A DNA stretch of 64,000 nt from Zancudomyces culisetae HAW-14-8 (Eukaryota; Fungi; Kickxellomycota), in NCBI GenBank assembly GCA_052426225.1, contig JBNJNM010000021.1, positions 1,302,001-1,366,000 on the forward strand, given 5' to 3'. The notes under the pieces are model-generated. The model was not told the origin of the DNA. It worked only from the letters and a program-made list of their open reading frames with translations, and searched no databases. Numbering within the stretch: the stretch's first letter is position 1; every line of letters starts with the position of its first letter. Made by a program: the position numbers and the translations under genes. Positions 52,701 through 63,394 of the stretch are shown piece by piece.

Positions 52701-54068
52701 TCTTCCAGCTCCAAACTTGGCTTGTTGTATTCCTTTGTCAACAACCATCCAAAACTTAGACTTTTTCCTCTAACCAACTCGCAAAAATCCACTTTTCATA
52801 CTTTGCTTCTTCCATTTATCAACTCTTTATACGCTGATCCCTCCACAACTACAACCACAACTACAACTGCAACTACTCCCAGTACAAATACAAATATAAA
52901 TTCAAATATCGACAACACCTCGTGTTCATCACCAATTGGAACACCGGGATCGTTATACCACAAAGTCCTGACCAACCCCTCAAAGTTTGCCATGTTGGAT
53001 ATCAACTTTATAAGACTTTCTAGCATCAAAAAAATCTTTGCTTCTGAATATCCCGACTTACTGGATGCCCTCACCATTGTGTCCAGCTCGCGCGAGTGTT
53101 CAACACCTCCAAAACCTCCAACCCTGGAATCCGTTGCTTTTGTAACTCCCTCAATGTCCTCCTCCATTGTTTCGCTTTCCTCTTTTACCTTCCCCTTGGA
53201 AAACTCTACCGTTCTGATGTTCAACCAAAACCAAGGCAGATTCTCTAGTCTTTCAACCAGAGCCAAACCTCTATCTACAAATCCCAAATCAAGAACTCCT
53301 TCTCTTTCTTCCTCTTCCACATCTACATCTACATCTATATCCACATCCACATCTACTCTCCTATCCAATAAAATCGATTCCCTAACTACCACCTCTCCAT
53401 CAAAGCCTTTAGCCATCCTCAATAATACTTTTGCCTCTGATTCTTCTATAACCCCTGTTTCCGACCAACCCTTATCTTCCTCCTCCACTTTCAATTCCTT
53501 GGCTGCTACTGATAAACTTGTCAAAAAATCAACTCTTCCACATTCAAATCCAAATCCTAACCCAAGTCCACCCCACGATGTTTCCACTGTTCCATTCAAA
53601 CCTTCCTCCAATAATCCGGCTCAAACTCAGACTCAAACTCAAACTTCGACCCCTTCACTAGCCACCACGAACAATCCTACTTCACCCCCCATTGTCACCA
53701 CCATGTCCTCTTCTACTCTACCCACATCCACATCCACACCCACACCCACAGCCTCACTATCTGCACCCTCTACATCTGTTCCTATCCCTACATCTGTTCC
53801 TATCCCTACTCCCGTCGTTGTCCCACATCCTTCTCCACCACCACTACCTCCTCTTCCTTCCATTTTTACTCTTGATTTCAATTCAAACATTTTTGAAAAT
53901 GTTGAAAACCACCACTTACCCTTCAACGATACCAACACATCATCCGATACCTCGCTATCATCTTCGTCAATCCACCACCCATCGGTATTCTTGCTTCAAA
54001 AATACTCCTGTAATAAAAAGGTTTTACCACCAAAATTTTCTGCAAAGCTGTTGTATAATCGATCTTGA
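49761..54068 (+). CDS. Ankyrin-repeat nuclear protein (HOS4/ANKRD-like) with an AT-hook and a Ser/Thr/Pro-rich tail
   Basis: About 6 ankyrin repeats (GWTPLHEA twice, TALHEA, DTPLHDA); KKRGRPPK; basic NLS-like tracts. Confidence 0.75.
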   Translation: MVKYKAENVQDYSEAETDVAGSDWLGDLEEEVSKQHRNRGKERSRGFRDELASYTIGKVDNAADSESSSISIEYKKKRTEGGGKGVKRRKKVISKEDWFSGSSLSSLSSIDEVSRMGYSGSDLSDLSDWSMIESKEENAEKRGKTQSQMQLQTQTQAQAQAQAQARSPKSTLLKTKAQAQKKKDYKRKEEKQMSKDKVSDQMDGGDVENESVDADGGRTRKKPGRRRKVDYRDPNRVDEHGRSQLLYFAIKGDLESCAKLIDVGADINKGSANGWTPLHEAARQGNVELGSLLFEKSNKAKENKQVIRVNLVDEDKQTALHEAVLGGRLDFVELLLSNGAKTEIKNKDGKTAVDMCNNAAIRKALESGRARLKSAVMRDRSGQIRLHRACRMGSLSKAVLQLELGVDVNTADNAGWTPLHEASLGGRKEIVKELLRRGADVTKKGLEGDTPLHDACANGHEKIVKLLLAAGADKHAKNQNGVTPSDMTSSDKIRNILDTWVEPKKEEKTVPMSTEVQTVTAHSTKYKSTSKRSYGDMQSSDGNGRDSEPRVKRLKPRGRVISDSEDSEVEVSAVSKQGNGQSMEYKAKGSSKDGSDTTDSNKMKGKQSFSLEKLKEDAEKPSVNYYYSTKPKLSREERKLKSILSTLERMEKRNSFAKPNSNGANVKSKKKVIEPGSSPTVSRKASSRSMSTTQHGKSQAERERDDLENDTDYVSVVNSRYVSREGSPLTAADLDYDTASGSTTRKKRGRPPKTNTNTTTNTNTNTNTNTNTNTNTSVSGSHGNPSQSSPSDLFGSTNSDLDTVVATCKSNTTTATTTTATTATTATTATTATAIFSPKHSDSKTRDPHIHSQTRPSSYSHHRSSSADISFNHNSIANTNTNTNLATKNDLFSDDSQQPQDGSRTPVRPENDRLSVVKPEDSSQQPPAISSTKKPRFVPLYAVSAKSSSTKPSANSYDIYVVDLQINLFLEFVSLNGSTFSSSSKLGLLYSFVNNHPKLRLFPLTNSQKSTFHTLLLPFINSLYADPSTTTTTTTTATTPSTNTNINSNIDNTSCSSPIGTPGSLYHKVLTNPSKFAMLDINFIRLSSIKKIFASEYPDLLDALTIVSSSRECSTPPKPPTLESVAFVTPSMSSSIVSLSSFTFPLENSTVLMFNQNQGRFSSLSTRAKPLSTNPKSRTPSLSSSSTSTSTSISTSTSTLLSNKIDSLTTTSPSKPLAILNNTFASDSSITPVSDQPLSSSSTFNSLAATDKLVKKSTLPHSNPNPNPSPPHDVSTVPFKPSSNNPAQTQTQTQTSTPSLATTNNPTSPPIVTTMSSSTLPTSTSTPTPTASLSAPSTSVPIPTSVPIPTPVVVPHPSPPPLPPLPSIFTLDFNSNIFENVENHHLPFNDTNTSSDTSLSSSSIHHPSVFLLQKYSCNKKVLPPKFSAKLLYNRS
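52020..52262 (+). repeat. Coding microsatellites (ACTAAT)n and (ACT/GCT)n
   Basis: TNTNTN and TTATTA runs. Confidence 0.9.
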
Positions 54069-54503
54069 TTTCCACCACCACCACCACTGTCTTTTTATTT
54101 TTTCTTGATATTTGGGTCTGATTTCTAATTTGGCATTTATCTGATATTTCCCCCCACTAATCGTAAAAACACGCTTTAATGCTTTTATATTACAAATTTT
54201 TTTATTTATATACTATGATTCCTTTATATATATTTATCAATTAAAATGTAATTTTACTAGTTTTTTTTGTTTTTTTTTTCTTGCCTAAATATTGTTAACC
54301 ATGGCCTATTAATTATTACCTATTCAAACTGAAAGTAAAAGGAGCTTGATACGTATATTAGTATTCAACTAACACACTCCCTTCCCAAGAAATCTAAAAG
54401 TTTATTTGTTTTATTTTATTTTGTTTTGTTTGTTTGTTATTTATTTGTTTGGAGTTTTGAGGAGAGAGAGAGGGGGGGAGGGGTGGAAATGGGTGCGTTG
54501 CTA

Positions 54504-55934
54504 TTAGAAAAAAACACCTGCAATACTGGAAAGTACAATCACACATATAGTAACTTTTGCACCTTGTATAGAAAATCCGTACCTGTTAGCAGTGGATCTT
54601 AGTTGGCTTTCTGGGATCCCTGAGGCGTGGCTAATCCAGTCAGTATAATAATTTGCATTGGTGTAGTACGAGAGTCTTTGATCTTTACACACATCAACTT
54701 GGTTTCCGGTATGCGGGTTGCCAAATGTAAACAACCCTACAACATCTGCATCCTCTTTGGAGTTCGTTTTGATTAGTGGTGTAGATATGCCAAACACCGG
54801 CGTACCTGTTTCAATTCCACAAAAGTTTTCGGCATAGTTCTCGACGCAAATGACCTTGTTTGCATTACCCTTCCAAAACCGGTCCTCAGACTTGCAAGAT
54901 ATTGCAGAGGTTACCTTTTTTTCAACCTCCAGGAGCTGCACTGACCCAGCTGTGTAGTTGCGGTGGTGCTTGCTATCTGTATTTACATTTGTTTCTGTGC
55001 TTTGCAACCCATTGTTTACAGATCCATTTTGCTCATTCCCATTCCCATTCCCATTCCCATTCCCATTCCCATTCTTATGCTCATTGGTTGGTTTACCATC
55101 TCTAGCCTGCAAAAGCTGACCACCCGATTTATTTTTCCCGGAATTTCTAGTAAATGGATACATCCTAGGAGCACTTGCGGAAGTCGTTGATTGTGAATTT
55201 AGTTTACCTGTAGCTCCCAATCCGCTTTGACTTTGTGTACCTGAGATATATTCCTTCTTTTTTAAATCTATTCCACCAATGTCTTTTTCCACATCATCGG
55301 ATCTTTCAGTTAAGCTGACATGGTGCTTCTTGAGTGCGGCGGTGGATACCCAGCTTTTCAACACCAACCCGGTATTATCTTTGACATTACCCCTATAGAT
55401 TTTTGAAGGTTCGATATATACGACCTTCTTAGTACTATCCCCTTCACCCTCCTCATTCTCACTCTTTTCGTCTTGCTTTTTCCGCTCTTTGCTCTCCAAT
55501 TGCATTTCAACTTTTTTCTCAAGGATTATTATTCCAATGTCATTATTGTACGATCCTCTATTGAACCCTTCATGCGGCACTGCCTTTTTAGCCGGATATT
55601 CTCTTAGATTGCTAAATGATTCAAACCCAGGATTGATATGCACAAATATTTTTTTTGCATCCACTGCAGTACCTCCCGGTGTTACTAGACAATCTGCACT
55701 TGTCAGCACTATACTATCTGAAAGCAACGCACCCCCACAGTTTCTTTGCCCTTCTACATCCACCCGCACTGTGTACCCTACTGCATTTCTGTAATGTTCA
55801 TGGTACCTATTCTCAGCACGTGTTACTAGTTTTGTTCTTCTTGGAAGATTACCAGTACTCGTAACCACACCGCTTGCAAATACTGATAACGTAAATACAG
55901 ATACTGTTGTCTTTCTAAAAATATCTAATCTCAT
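54504..55934 (-). CDS. Secreted, probably GPI-anchored trypsin-like (S1) protease homolog, catalytically inactive
   Basis: Signal peptide, CGGALL, LTSADC (His lost), NDIGII, CGIETGTP (GDSGGP lost), Y.DWI, hydrophobic C-terminus. Confidence 0.8.
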   Translation of the reverse strand: MRLDIFRKTTVSVFTLSVFASGVVTSTGNLPRRTKLVTRAENRYHEHYRNAVGYTVRVDVEGQRNCGGALLSDSIVLTSADCLVTPGGTAVDAKKIFVHINPGFESFSNLREYPAKKAVPHEGFNRGSYNNDIGIIILEKKVEMQLESKERKKQDEKSENEEGEGDSTKKVVYIEPSKIYRGNVKDNTGLVLKSWVSTAALKKHHVSLTERSDDVEKDIGGIDLKKKEYISGTQSQSGLGATGKLNSQSTTSASAPRMYPFTRNSGKNKSGGQLLQARDGKPTNEHKNGNGNGNGNGNGNEQNGSVNNGLQSTETNVNTDSKHHRNYTAGSVQLLEVEKKVTSAISCKSEDRFWKGNANKVICVENYAENFCGIETGTPVFGISTPLIKTNSKEDADVVGLFTFGNPHTGNQVDVCKDQRLSYYTNANYYTDWISHASGIPESQLRSTANRYGFSIQGAKVTICVIVLSSIAGVFF

Positions 55935-58900
55935 TTTATTTCTTGAATTGTAAAAGTATCTAATACCAGAGTATACCCAACTCGCTTGTTCACTAAGTAC
56001 AAAATATTAATACTGTCTACACAGTAGCTTGTATTTCTAAAGATCTTGGTTACACTCGTGTTCGTACTACTCTTTATATACTTTTTAGTGCGCTCAAATA
56101 CCTAGAGCATGTGTAATACATTATAGATACTAAGTTTGTTTATATTCAGGCTATTTTAGACTGTTTCAATACGGCAAGTTACCACTTGTTTATACCATCT
56201 TTGATTAACCCTTGTCTTCTTTTCAGAAGGCGCAAGTGAGTGCTAGAATAAACAATTTTTAAAATATTTACTTAAAATGAGCACATTCAAAGATGCATAA
56301 CCCTTGCCACAATATATCGACATCCCATAATCTGTACAAGCTTTTATTTATTTATTAGTTGTTTATTTTTGTTGTGTATATTTTTGTATGTACATGTATG
56401 GAAAAAAGGCTTTTAAATAGGCCCCGTAAATAAACGTTGCCACAACTCAGTGTTTTTTTTTGGAGGGGGGGGTAAGATGTAGTTTTTTACTTATCCGAAG
56501 ACTTGTTTGTAATTTTTGGAATTTTTTGGAGCACAAACTCTTTATGATATATGCCCATGTCCTCCCAAAATACATACATGTACCATTTTTTTCAGCTTTC
56601 AAAGAATCGTGGCATATTAACCCAACCATTCGTCCCTGTTCATTACAGCACATCCAGGGATCTAAATACTAATAAACATGAATAGCAAAAAAGAACTCGG
56701 CTTTCTTTTCAGTGACTAAATAATTAAATAAGGTATTAATAATAAAAGTACCCTATCATGTATATGGGATGATCGTAGAATTGTTCGATAGTGATTATAT
56801 ATAAGACTGGTCTTCATTGTTGCCATTATCGCTCCCCTTTCATTGTTGAAGATATCTAAATATAAGCCACTCCACCCCGGCCACGACGCCAAACTTAGTA
56901 GCGAACTATTTTCAAGTATCTCTCGTTCACGTATATCACATATATCATATATGTCACATATAATAGCCTTTGACCATATTTTTTTGTACAAACATAGCTA
57001 ACAATCTGGAATCAAGTTCCTTTATTCGCTTAGGAACCAGCGAAAAAATTATTTATTCTAGAAGGGAATTCTTTATTTGTTTTTTATTTTATAAAAACAA
57101 ACTAGAAGGCCGCGCCAATACCAATCTAATAAGAATAAACACGTTAAAAGTACGACGCCATGATATCATTCGGATCTTTGGCGTTATAGTTGCTATACAG
57201 CATTTTTTACTCTTTTGGATTATAAGCTGTGACAAAATATACGCTTAATACTGCAACCAACTAAAAGTTACATGAGTGTATTGTGCGATGTCTATGGGCT
57301 TTCTTCTCTTCTTTATGCATATCTATAGTTTGACTGAACTAGGAAAGAGTATTGCAAATAGTTATTAGAAGCTGGACATGGATTTTTTCCACATTTACAC
57401 GCTCTGACCAAATACAAAAAATGATTTCTACAAGAAGCAAATGCACAAACACATCGTTGAAAGTAAAAATAACTAGGCTGTTAAAAAAGTTTGATGCTTA
57501 TACACCCTCTTTTATTGTAAGTTACGCCTATTGATATTCTACTGGATAAAGTCAATTTAAAACCCTTCTCTTTTCCTCTCCTAGAAAAAATATAGCGTCA
57601 TTAGGTTTTTTACTTTTTTGGTTTGACTTTACACAAAAATGAATTTCCACAACATTGGCAAAAAACAGGATTAAGTTCACCAGGTGTTTGGATTAAACAA
57701 CAAATATTACCAATATGAAGAGTATTAATTGCTCAAATAATATGTATTGTAATTTTAATAAATAGGATCGAGGCCAAAGACCTGGACAAGAAAGTATATT
57801 GTAACATTTTTCTTGGCTGGGTTGTTCACCTAGTTTTGATAAACATTGGCATGCTAAGTGTGTATTAAAAGTGGGTCTAGTCATTTTGAAAATTTTAAAC
57901 AACAAAGTTCCATATATTCTGCTGCAATAAAAATAATCTAGATTTTTCAAAGTTTGAAACCCTATATTTTATTACAGCAATATTATACACATGCTTGAAT
58001 AAATTGATATACAAATCTAGACTATAAACGCTATAACTTATCCACATAGGTAAAGCAATTTTTGACTAATAAGAGGGTAACTACTTTTATTTTCATCCAC
58101 AAAGACCCTTTATTTCGTTATTCAAACCAATAGAGATGTGAAAAAAAGAAAAATTCTACGACAGCAATTCTGAAAAGCAAACATTGGAGGCCTTCTTACA
58201 CGAGTAGGTGTACAATGGTGATCTATTTTCCTCTTGGGGATACCAGTTTTCTTGCAAATATTTTTCTACAATGGCAATATTATCACCTGTAACCAGCCGA
58301 TCAATTATTAACAACATTGTTAGCCTAGGCAAAGTGAGTTTAACTATTGGAGTATTAGACTCACAAGCGTGTAAGACCGAATGTAGTTTCTGGATTTATT
58401 GGAGCAAATTTCAAATAAAGTAGTATCGAATTTTTCTCGAATAGAGGTGGAGAGGGGGAAAGGTGGAAATATACTAGATTTGTACCTAGATGTGCTTTTT
58501 AATATTGTGCGTTATGTAGAAAAGGCTGTGTTATTGGTGGACATTATTTTATCTTCAGGTATTGAAGATCTTTATTATAGCAATAATTATACACCATGGC
58601 CTAACTAAGCTTATGAGATAGATTCGGCATTTCAAATTTATATAAATAATAAGTTTAATACCACATAGCTTTACCAAAAAACTTTAGTATTTAACCAGAA
58701 GAGTATTCAATAACATATAGACGCATTTTTCAACAGAATCGCTAGCATATTACATACTTCGTAAAACTTTGTTTATTGTAAATGTATAGTTATTGGAATT
58801 GAGACATTGTAAAATCCATCCCTAATTCAAAAAAAAGGAACGGAAAAGACACATTTACACCAATACACATTAATAATAACAAGGTAAACATAATCAACAA

Positions 58901-58998
58901 CAGAAACTCAGCTCTGATAGAAACAAAGTATAACCTAACTATTAGCGTGTAGCTCAGGTTAGCATAAGCATCGACCAAATAAAAAAAAGCGATTGAGG

Positions 58999-61900
58999 AT
59001 GTTAAAGCTAAGTAGCTTGTCCCTACTTGCGCTTTACGCCCTCTCAGTGTATACTTATGCGGAGAGCCCCCATAGTACAGGAGTGACAAAGGATACACCA
59101 AAATTTTTAGACAAAGGTATAACCAAAGAACTCAAATATGTGCAAAAAAAAGATTTAGAAAATGGGATAATTTCGAAAAGCATCAGCAGCGAGGGTAAAG
59201 GCCTCGTTCAAAAGAATGGAATACCATATAAGATGTGTAGACGGGGAGGAGGAGGATGTAGAGGAGGAGCTAGAAGAGGATGTAGGCCAAGCTGTAGGCC
59301 AAGCTGTAGACGAGTCTGTAGACCAGTATGTAGACGAGTATGCAGACCACGTGTGTGCCACCGCCATCGACCATGTAGACCAATATGTAGGCGAGTCTGT
59401 AGACCAGTATGTAGACGAGTATGCAGACCACGTGTGTGCCACCGCCATCGACCATGTAGACCAATATGTAGGCGAGTCTGTAGACCAGTATGTAGACGAG
59501 TATGCAGACCGCGTGTGTGCCACCGCCATCGACCATGTAGACGAATCTGTAGGCGAGTCTGTAGACCAGTATGTAGGCGAGTATGCAGACCACGTGTGTG
59601 CCACCGCCATCGACCATGTAGACGAATCTGTAAACGGGTCTGTCACCGCCATCGACCATGTAGACGAATTTGTAGACCAATATGCAGACCAATAATCAGA
59701 CCACCATATAGACCACGACCACCATGCAGACCACATAGGCCACCATATAGACCCATAATCAGGCCACCATGCAGACCACACAGACCAATAATTAGACCAC
59801 CATACAGACCACGACCACCATACAGACCACGACCACCACACAGACCACACAGACCACACAGACCACATAAACCACACAGACCAATAATTAGACCACCATA
59901 CAGACCACGACCACCATACAGACCACGACCACCATACAGACCACGACCACCACACAGACCACACAGACCACACAAACCACACAGACCACACAGACCACAC
60001 AGACCACACAGACCACACAGACCACATAAACCACACAGACCAATAATTAGACCACCATACAGACCACGACCACCATACAGACCACGACCACCACACAGAC
60101 CACACAAACCACACAGACCAATAATTAGACCACCATACAGACCACGACCACCATACAGACCACGACCACCATACAGACCACGACCACCATACAGACCACG
60201 ACCACCACACAGACCACACAAACCACACAGACCAATAATTAGACCACCATACAGACCACGACCACCACACAGACCACACAGACCACACAGACCACATAAA
60301 CCACACAGACCAATAATTAGACCACCATACAGACCACGACCACCATACAGACCACGACCACCATACAGACCACGACCACCATACAGACCACGACCACCAT
60401 ACAGACCACGACCACCACACAGACCACACAGACCACACAGACCAATAATTAGACCACCATACAGACCACGACCACCACACAGACCACACAGACCACACAG
60501 ACCACACAAACCACACAGACCAATAATTAGACCACCATACAGACCACGACCACCACACAGACCACACAGACCACACAGACCACACAGACCACACAAACCA
60601 CACAGACCAATAATTAGACCACCATACAGACCACGACCACCATACAGACCACGACCACCATACAGACCACGACCACCATACAGACCACGACCACCACACA
60701 GACCACACAGACCACACAGACCAATAATTAGACCACCATACAGACCACACAGACCACACAGACCATCATATAGACCACCATATAGACCATCATACAGACC
60801 AACAAGGCCACGTCCACCATTTACCAGACCAACCACATCAAAAACATCAATATCGATCTCAGTGCTGCCTACCTCGGTTACACGCCCACCATTTACACGC
60901 CCACCATTTACACGCCCACCATTTACACGCCCACCATTTACACGCCCACCATTTACACGCCCACCATTTACACGCCCACCATTTACACGCCCAACAAGAC
61001 CACGTCCACCATTTACCAGACCAACAAGACCACGTCCACCATTTACACGCCCACCATTTACACGCCCACCATTTACACGCCCACCATTTACACGCCCACC
61101 ATTTACACGCCCACCATTTACACGCCCACCATTTACACGCCCACCATTTACACGCCCAACAAGACCACGTCCACCATTTACCAGACCAACAAGACCACGT
61201 CCACCATTTACCAGACCAACAAGACCACGTCCACCATTTACCAGACCAACAAGACCACGTCCACCATTTACCAGACCAACAAGACCACGTCCACCATTTA
61301 CACGCCCAACAAGACCACGTCCACCATTTACCAGACCAACAAGACCACGTCCACCATTTACCAGACCACCATGGCCGACTAGACCACCATGGCCGACTAG
61401 ACCACCATGGCCGACTAGACCACCATGGCCGACTAGACCACCATGGCCGACTAGACCAACAGGAACTGGCACAGAACCAACAGAAACCGGTACAGCACCA
61501 ACAGAAACCGGTACAGAACCAACAGAAACCGGTACAGCACCAACAGGAACAGGCACAGCACCAACAGGAACAGGCACAGCACCAACAGGAACAGGCACAG
61601 CACCAACAGGAACCGGTACAGAACCAACAGGAACCGGCACAGAACCAACAGGAACCGGCACAGCACCAACAGGAACAGGCACAGCACCAACAGGAACCGG
61701 TACAGAACCAACAGGAACCGGCACAGAACCAACAGGAACCGGCACAGCACCAACAGAAACCGGTACAGAACCAACAGAAACCGGTACAGCACCAACAGGA
61801 ACAGGCACAGCACCAACAGGAACAGGCACAGAACCAACAGGAACAGGCACAGAACCAACAGGAACCGGTACAGAACCAACAGGAACCGGCACAGAACCAA

Positions 61901-63228
61901 CAGGAACCGGCACAGAACCAACAGGAACCGGCACAGAACCAACAGGAACCGATACAGAACCAACAGGAACCGGTACAGCACCAACAAGACCACCATGGCC
62001 AACAAGACCACCATGGCCAACAAGACCACCATGGCCAACAAGACCACCATGGCCAACAAGACCACCATGGCCAACAAGACCACCATGGCCAACAAGACCA
62101 CCATGGCCAACAAGACCACCATGGCCAACAAGACCACCATGGCCAACAAGACCACCATGGCCAACAAGACCACCATGGCAAACAGGAACCGGCACAGAAC
62201 CAACAGGAACCGGCACAGAACCAACAGGAACCGGCACAGAACCAACAGGAACCGGTACAGCACCAACAGGAACAGGCACAGCACCAACAGGTAGACCACC
62301 TCGCCCACCTCGCCCACCATATCCTTGCCCACCATACTGGCCACACTGGCCACATCGCCCACCATACCCTCGACCACCATACTGGCCACACTGGCCACAT
62401 CGCCCGCCATACCCTCGACCACCATATCCTCGCCCAACACACTGGCCACCATACCCTCGTCCAACACGAACCGGCACAGAACCAACAGGAACAGGCACAG
62501 AACCAACAGGAACCGGTACAGCACCAACAGGTAGACCACCTCGCCCACCTCGCCCACCATACCCTCGACCACCATACCCTCGACCACCATACTGGCCACA
62601 CTGGCCACATCGCCCACCATACCCTCGACCACCATACTGGCCACACTGGCCACATCGCCCGCCATACCCTCGACCACCATATCCTCGCCCAACACACTGG
62701 CCACCATACCCTCGCCCAACAAGAACATGCACATCTGGAACAGGAACTGGTACAGAACCAACAGGAACAGAGCCAACAGGAACCAGTACAACAGAGGAAG
62801 AGGGTACACCACCACCACCAACAATACCTGAGCCACCCCCATCGCACAGTAGCACACACCGTCCGCGCCCAACAAAAACCAGCACCATATGCACAACAGA
62901 CGATGAGGGACCACCAATTATCATAACTATAACTTCTTCATCAACAATTAACACTACAGGTGAGATCGAATCGACTGAGCGGTCGACTACCACCACTACA
63001 AATACAGGCGAACCATGTGATAGTGAGGGGATTACCACAGTGATAATAAAAACCAAAACTAAAAGCAAAGTCAAGACAAAAACAAAGACCAAAACTAAGG
63101 TCATTGCCACCGATACTTGCGAAACCACGAGCACCAGCACCAGCACTAGCAGCTCCACTTCTACCCACTGTGGTCCAAGCACCAGCACACTAACTACATC
63201 AGATGAGTTGGGAGTAATGCCAGTATAG
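58999..63228 (+). CDS. Secreted multi-block repetitive protein (Cys/Arg; Pro/Arg/His/Tyr; TRPPF/TRPPW; PTGTGT mucin-like)
   Basis: Signal peptide MLKLSSLSLLALYALSVYTYA; unique N- and C-termini in frame with 3.5 kb of repeats; A-ending codons AGA/CCA/ACA/GGA. Confidence 0.85.
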   Translation: MLKLSSLSLLALYALSVYTYAESPHSTGVTKDTPKFLDKGITKELKYVQKKDLENGIISKSISSEGKGLVQKNGIPYKMCRRGGGGCRGGARRGCRPSCRPSCRRVCRPVCRRVCRPRVCHRHRPCRPICRRVCRPVCRRVCRPRVCHRHRPCRPICRRVCRPVCRRVCRPRVCHRHRPCRRICRRVCRPVCRRVCRPRVCHRHRPCRRICKRVCHRHRPCRRICRPICRPIIRPPYRPRPPCRPHRPPYRPIIRPPCRPHRPIIRPPYRPRPPYRPRPPHRPHRPHRPHKPHRPIIRPPYRPRPPYRPRPPYRPRPPHRPHRPHKPHRPHRPHRPHRPHRPHKPHRPIIRPPYRPRPPYRPRPPHRPHKPHRPIIRPPYRPRPPYRPRPPYRPRPPYRPRPPHRPHKPHRPIIRPPYRPRPPHRPHRPHRPHKPHRPIIRPPYRPRPPYRPRPPYRPRPPYRPRPPYRPRPPHRPHRPHRPIIRPPYRPRPPHRPHRPHRPHKPHRPIIRPPYRPRPPHRPHRPHRPHRPHKPHRPIIRPPYRPRPPYRPRPPYRPRPPYRPRPPHRPHRPHRPIIRPPYRPHRPHRPSYRPPYRPSYRPTRPRPPFTRPTTSKTSISISVLPTSVTRPPFTRPPFTRPPFTRPPFTRPPFTRPPFTRPPFTRPTRPRPPFTRPTRPRPPFTRPPFTRPPFTRPPFTRPPFTRPPFTRPPFTRPPFTRPTRPRPPFTRPTRPRPPFTRPTRPRPPFTRPTRPRPPFTRPTRPRPPFTRPTRPRPPFTRPTRPRPPFTRPPWPTRPPWPTRPPWPTRPPWPTRPPWPTRPTGTGTEPTETGTAPTETGTEPTETGTAPTGTGTAPTGTGTAPTGTGTAPTGTGTEPTGTGTEPTGTGTAPTGTGTAPTGTGTEPTGTGTEPTGTGTAPTETGTEPTETGTAPTGTGTAPTGTGTEPTGTGTEPTGTGTEPTGTGTEPTGTGTEPTGTGTEPTGTDTEPTGTGTAPTRPPWPTRPPWPTRPPWPTRPPWPTRPPWPTRPPWPTRPPWPTRPPWPTRPPWPTRPPWPTRPPWQTGTGTEPTGTGTEPTGTGTEPTGTGTAPTGTGTAPTGRPPRPPRPPYPCPPYWPHWPHRPPYPRPPYWPHWPHRPPYPRPPYPRPTHWPPYPRPTRTGTEPTGTGTEPTGTGTAPTGRPPRPPRPPYPRPPYPRPPYWPHWPHRPPYPRPPYWPHWPHRPPYPRPPYPRPTHWPPYPRPTRTCTSGTGTGTEPTGTEPTGTSTTEEEGTPPPPTIPEPPPSHSSTHRPRPTKTSTICTTDDEGPPIIITITSSSTINTTGEIESTERSTTTTTNTGEPCDSEGITTVIIKTKTKSKVKTKTKTKTKVIATDTCETTSTSTSTSSSTSTHCGPSTSTLTTSDELGVMPV
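59236..62790 (+). repeat. Compound coding minisatellite array (9-, 12-, 15-, 21-, 24- and 66-bp units)
   Basis: AGACCACAC, CCACCATTTACACGC, AGACCACCATGGCCAACA, CCAACAGGAACCGGCACAGAA. Confidence 0.95.
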
Positions 63229-63394
63229 TACAGCTATAACTATATTTCACTACTTTTTTAATTTTTTTTTTCTTGAAGGCAAACACCTTTTAACACCTTT
63301 AGATTTATTTATTATTGAGCTTACCAAATAAAGCATAGACAAATTTTTAAATTATAAACCTAAGTAAAGTATCACGTGAGTCATTTAAATTGTA

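Noticed and set aside
59643-63188. 1181-aa Gly-rich antisense ORF (and the Trp/Cys-rich antisense ORFs)
   Set aside because: Shadows of CCA/AGA/ACA repeats that lack stops on the reverse strand; the plus frame has the signal peptide and unique ends.
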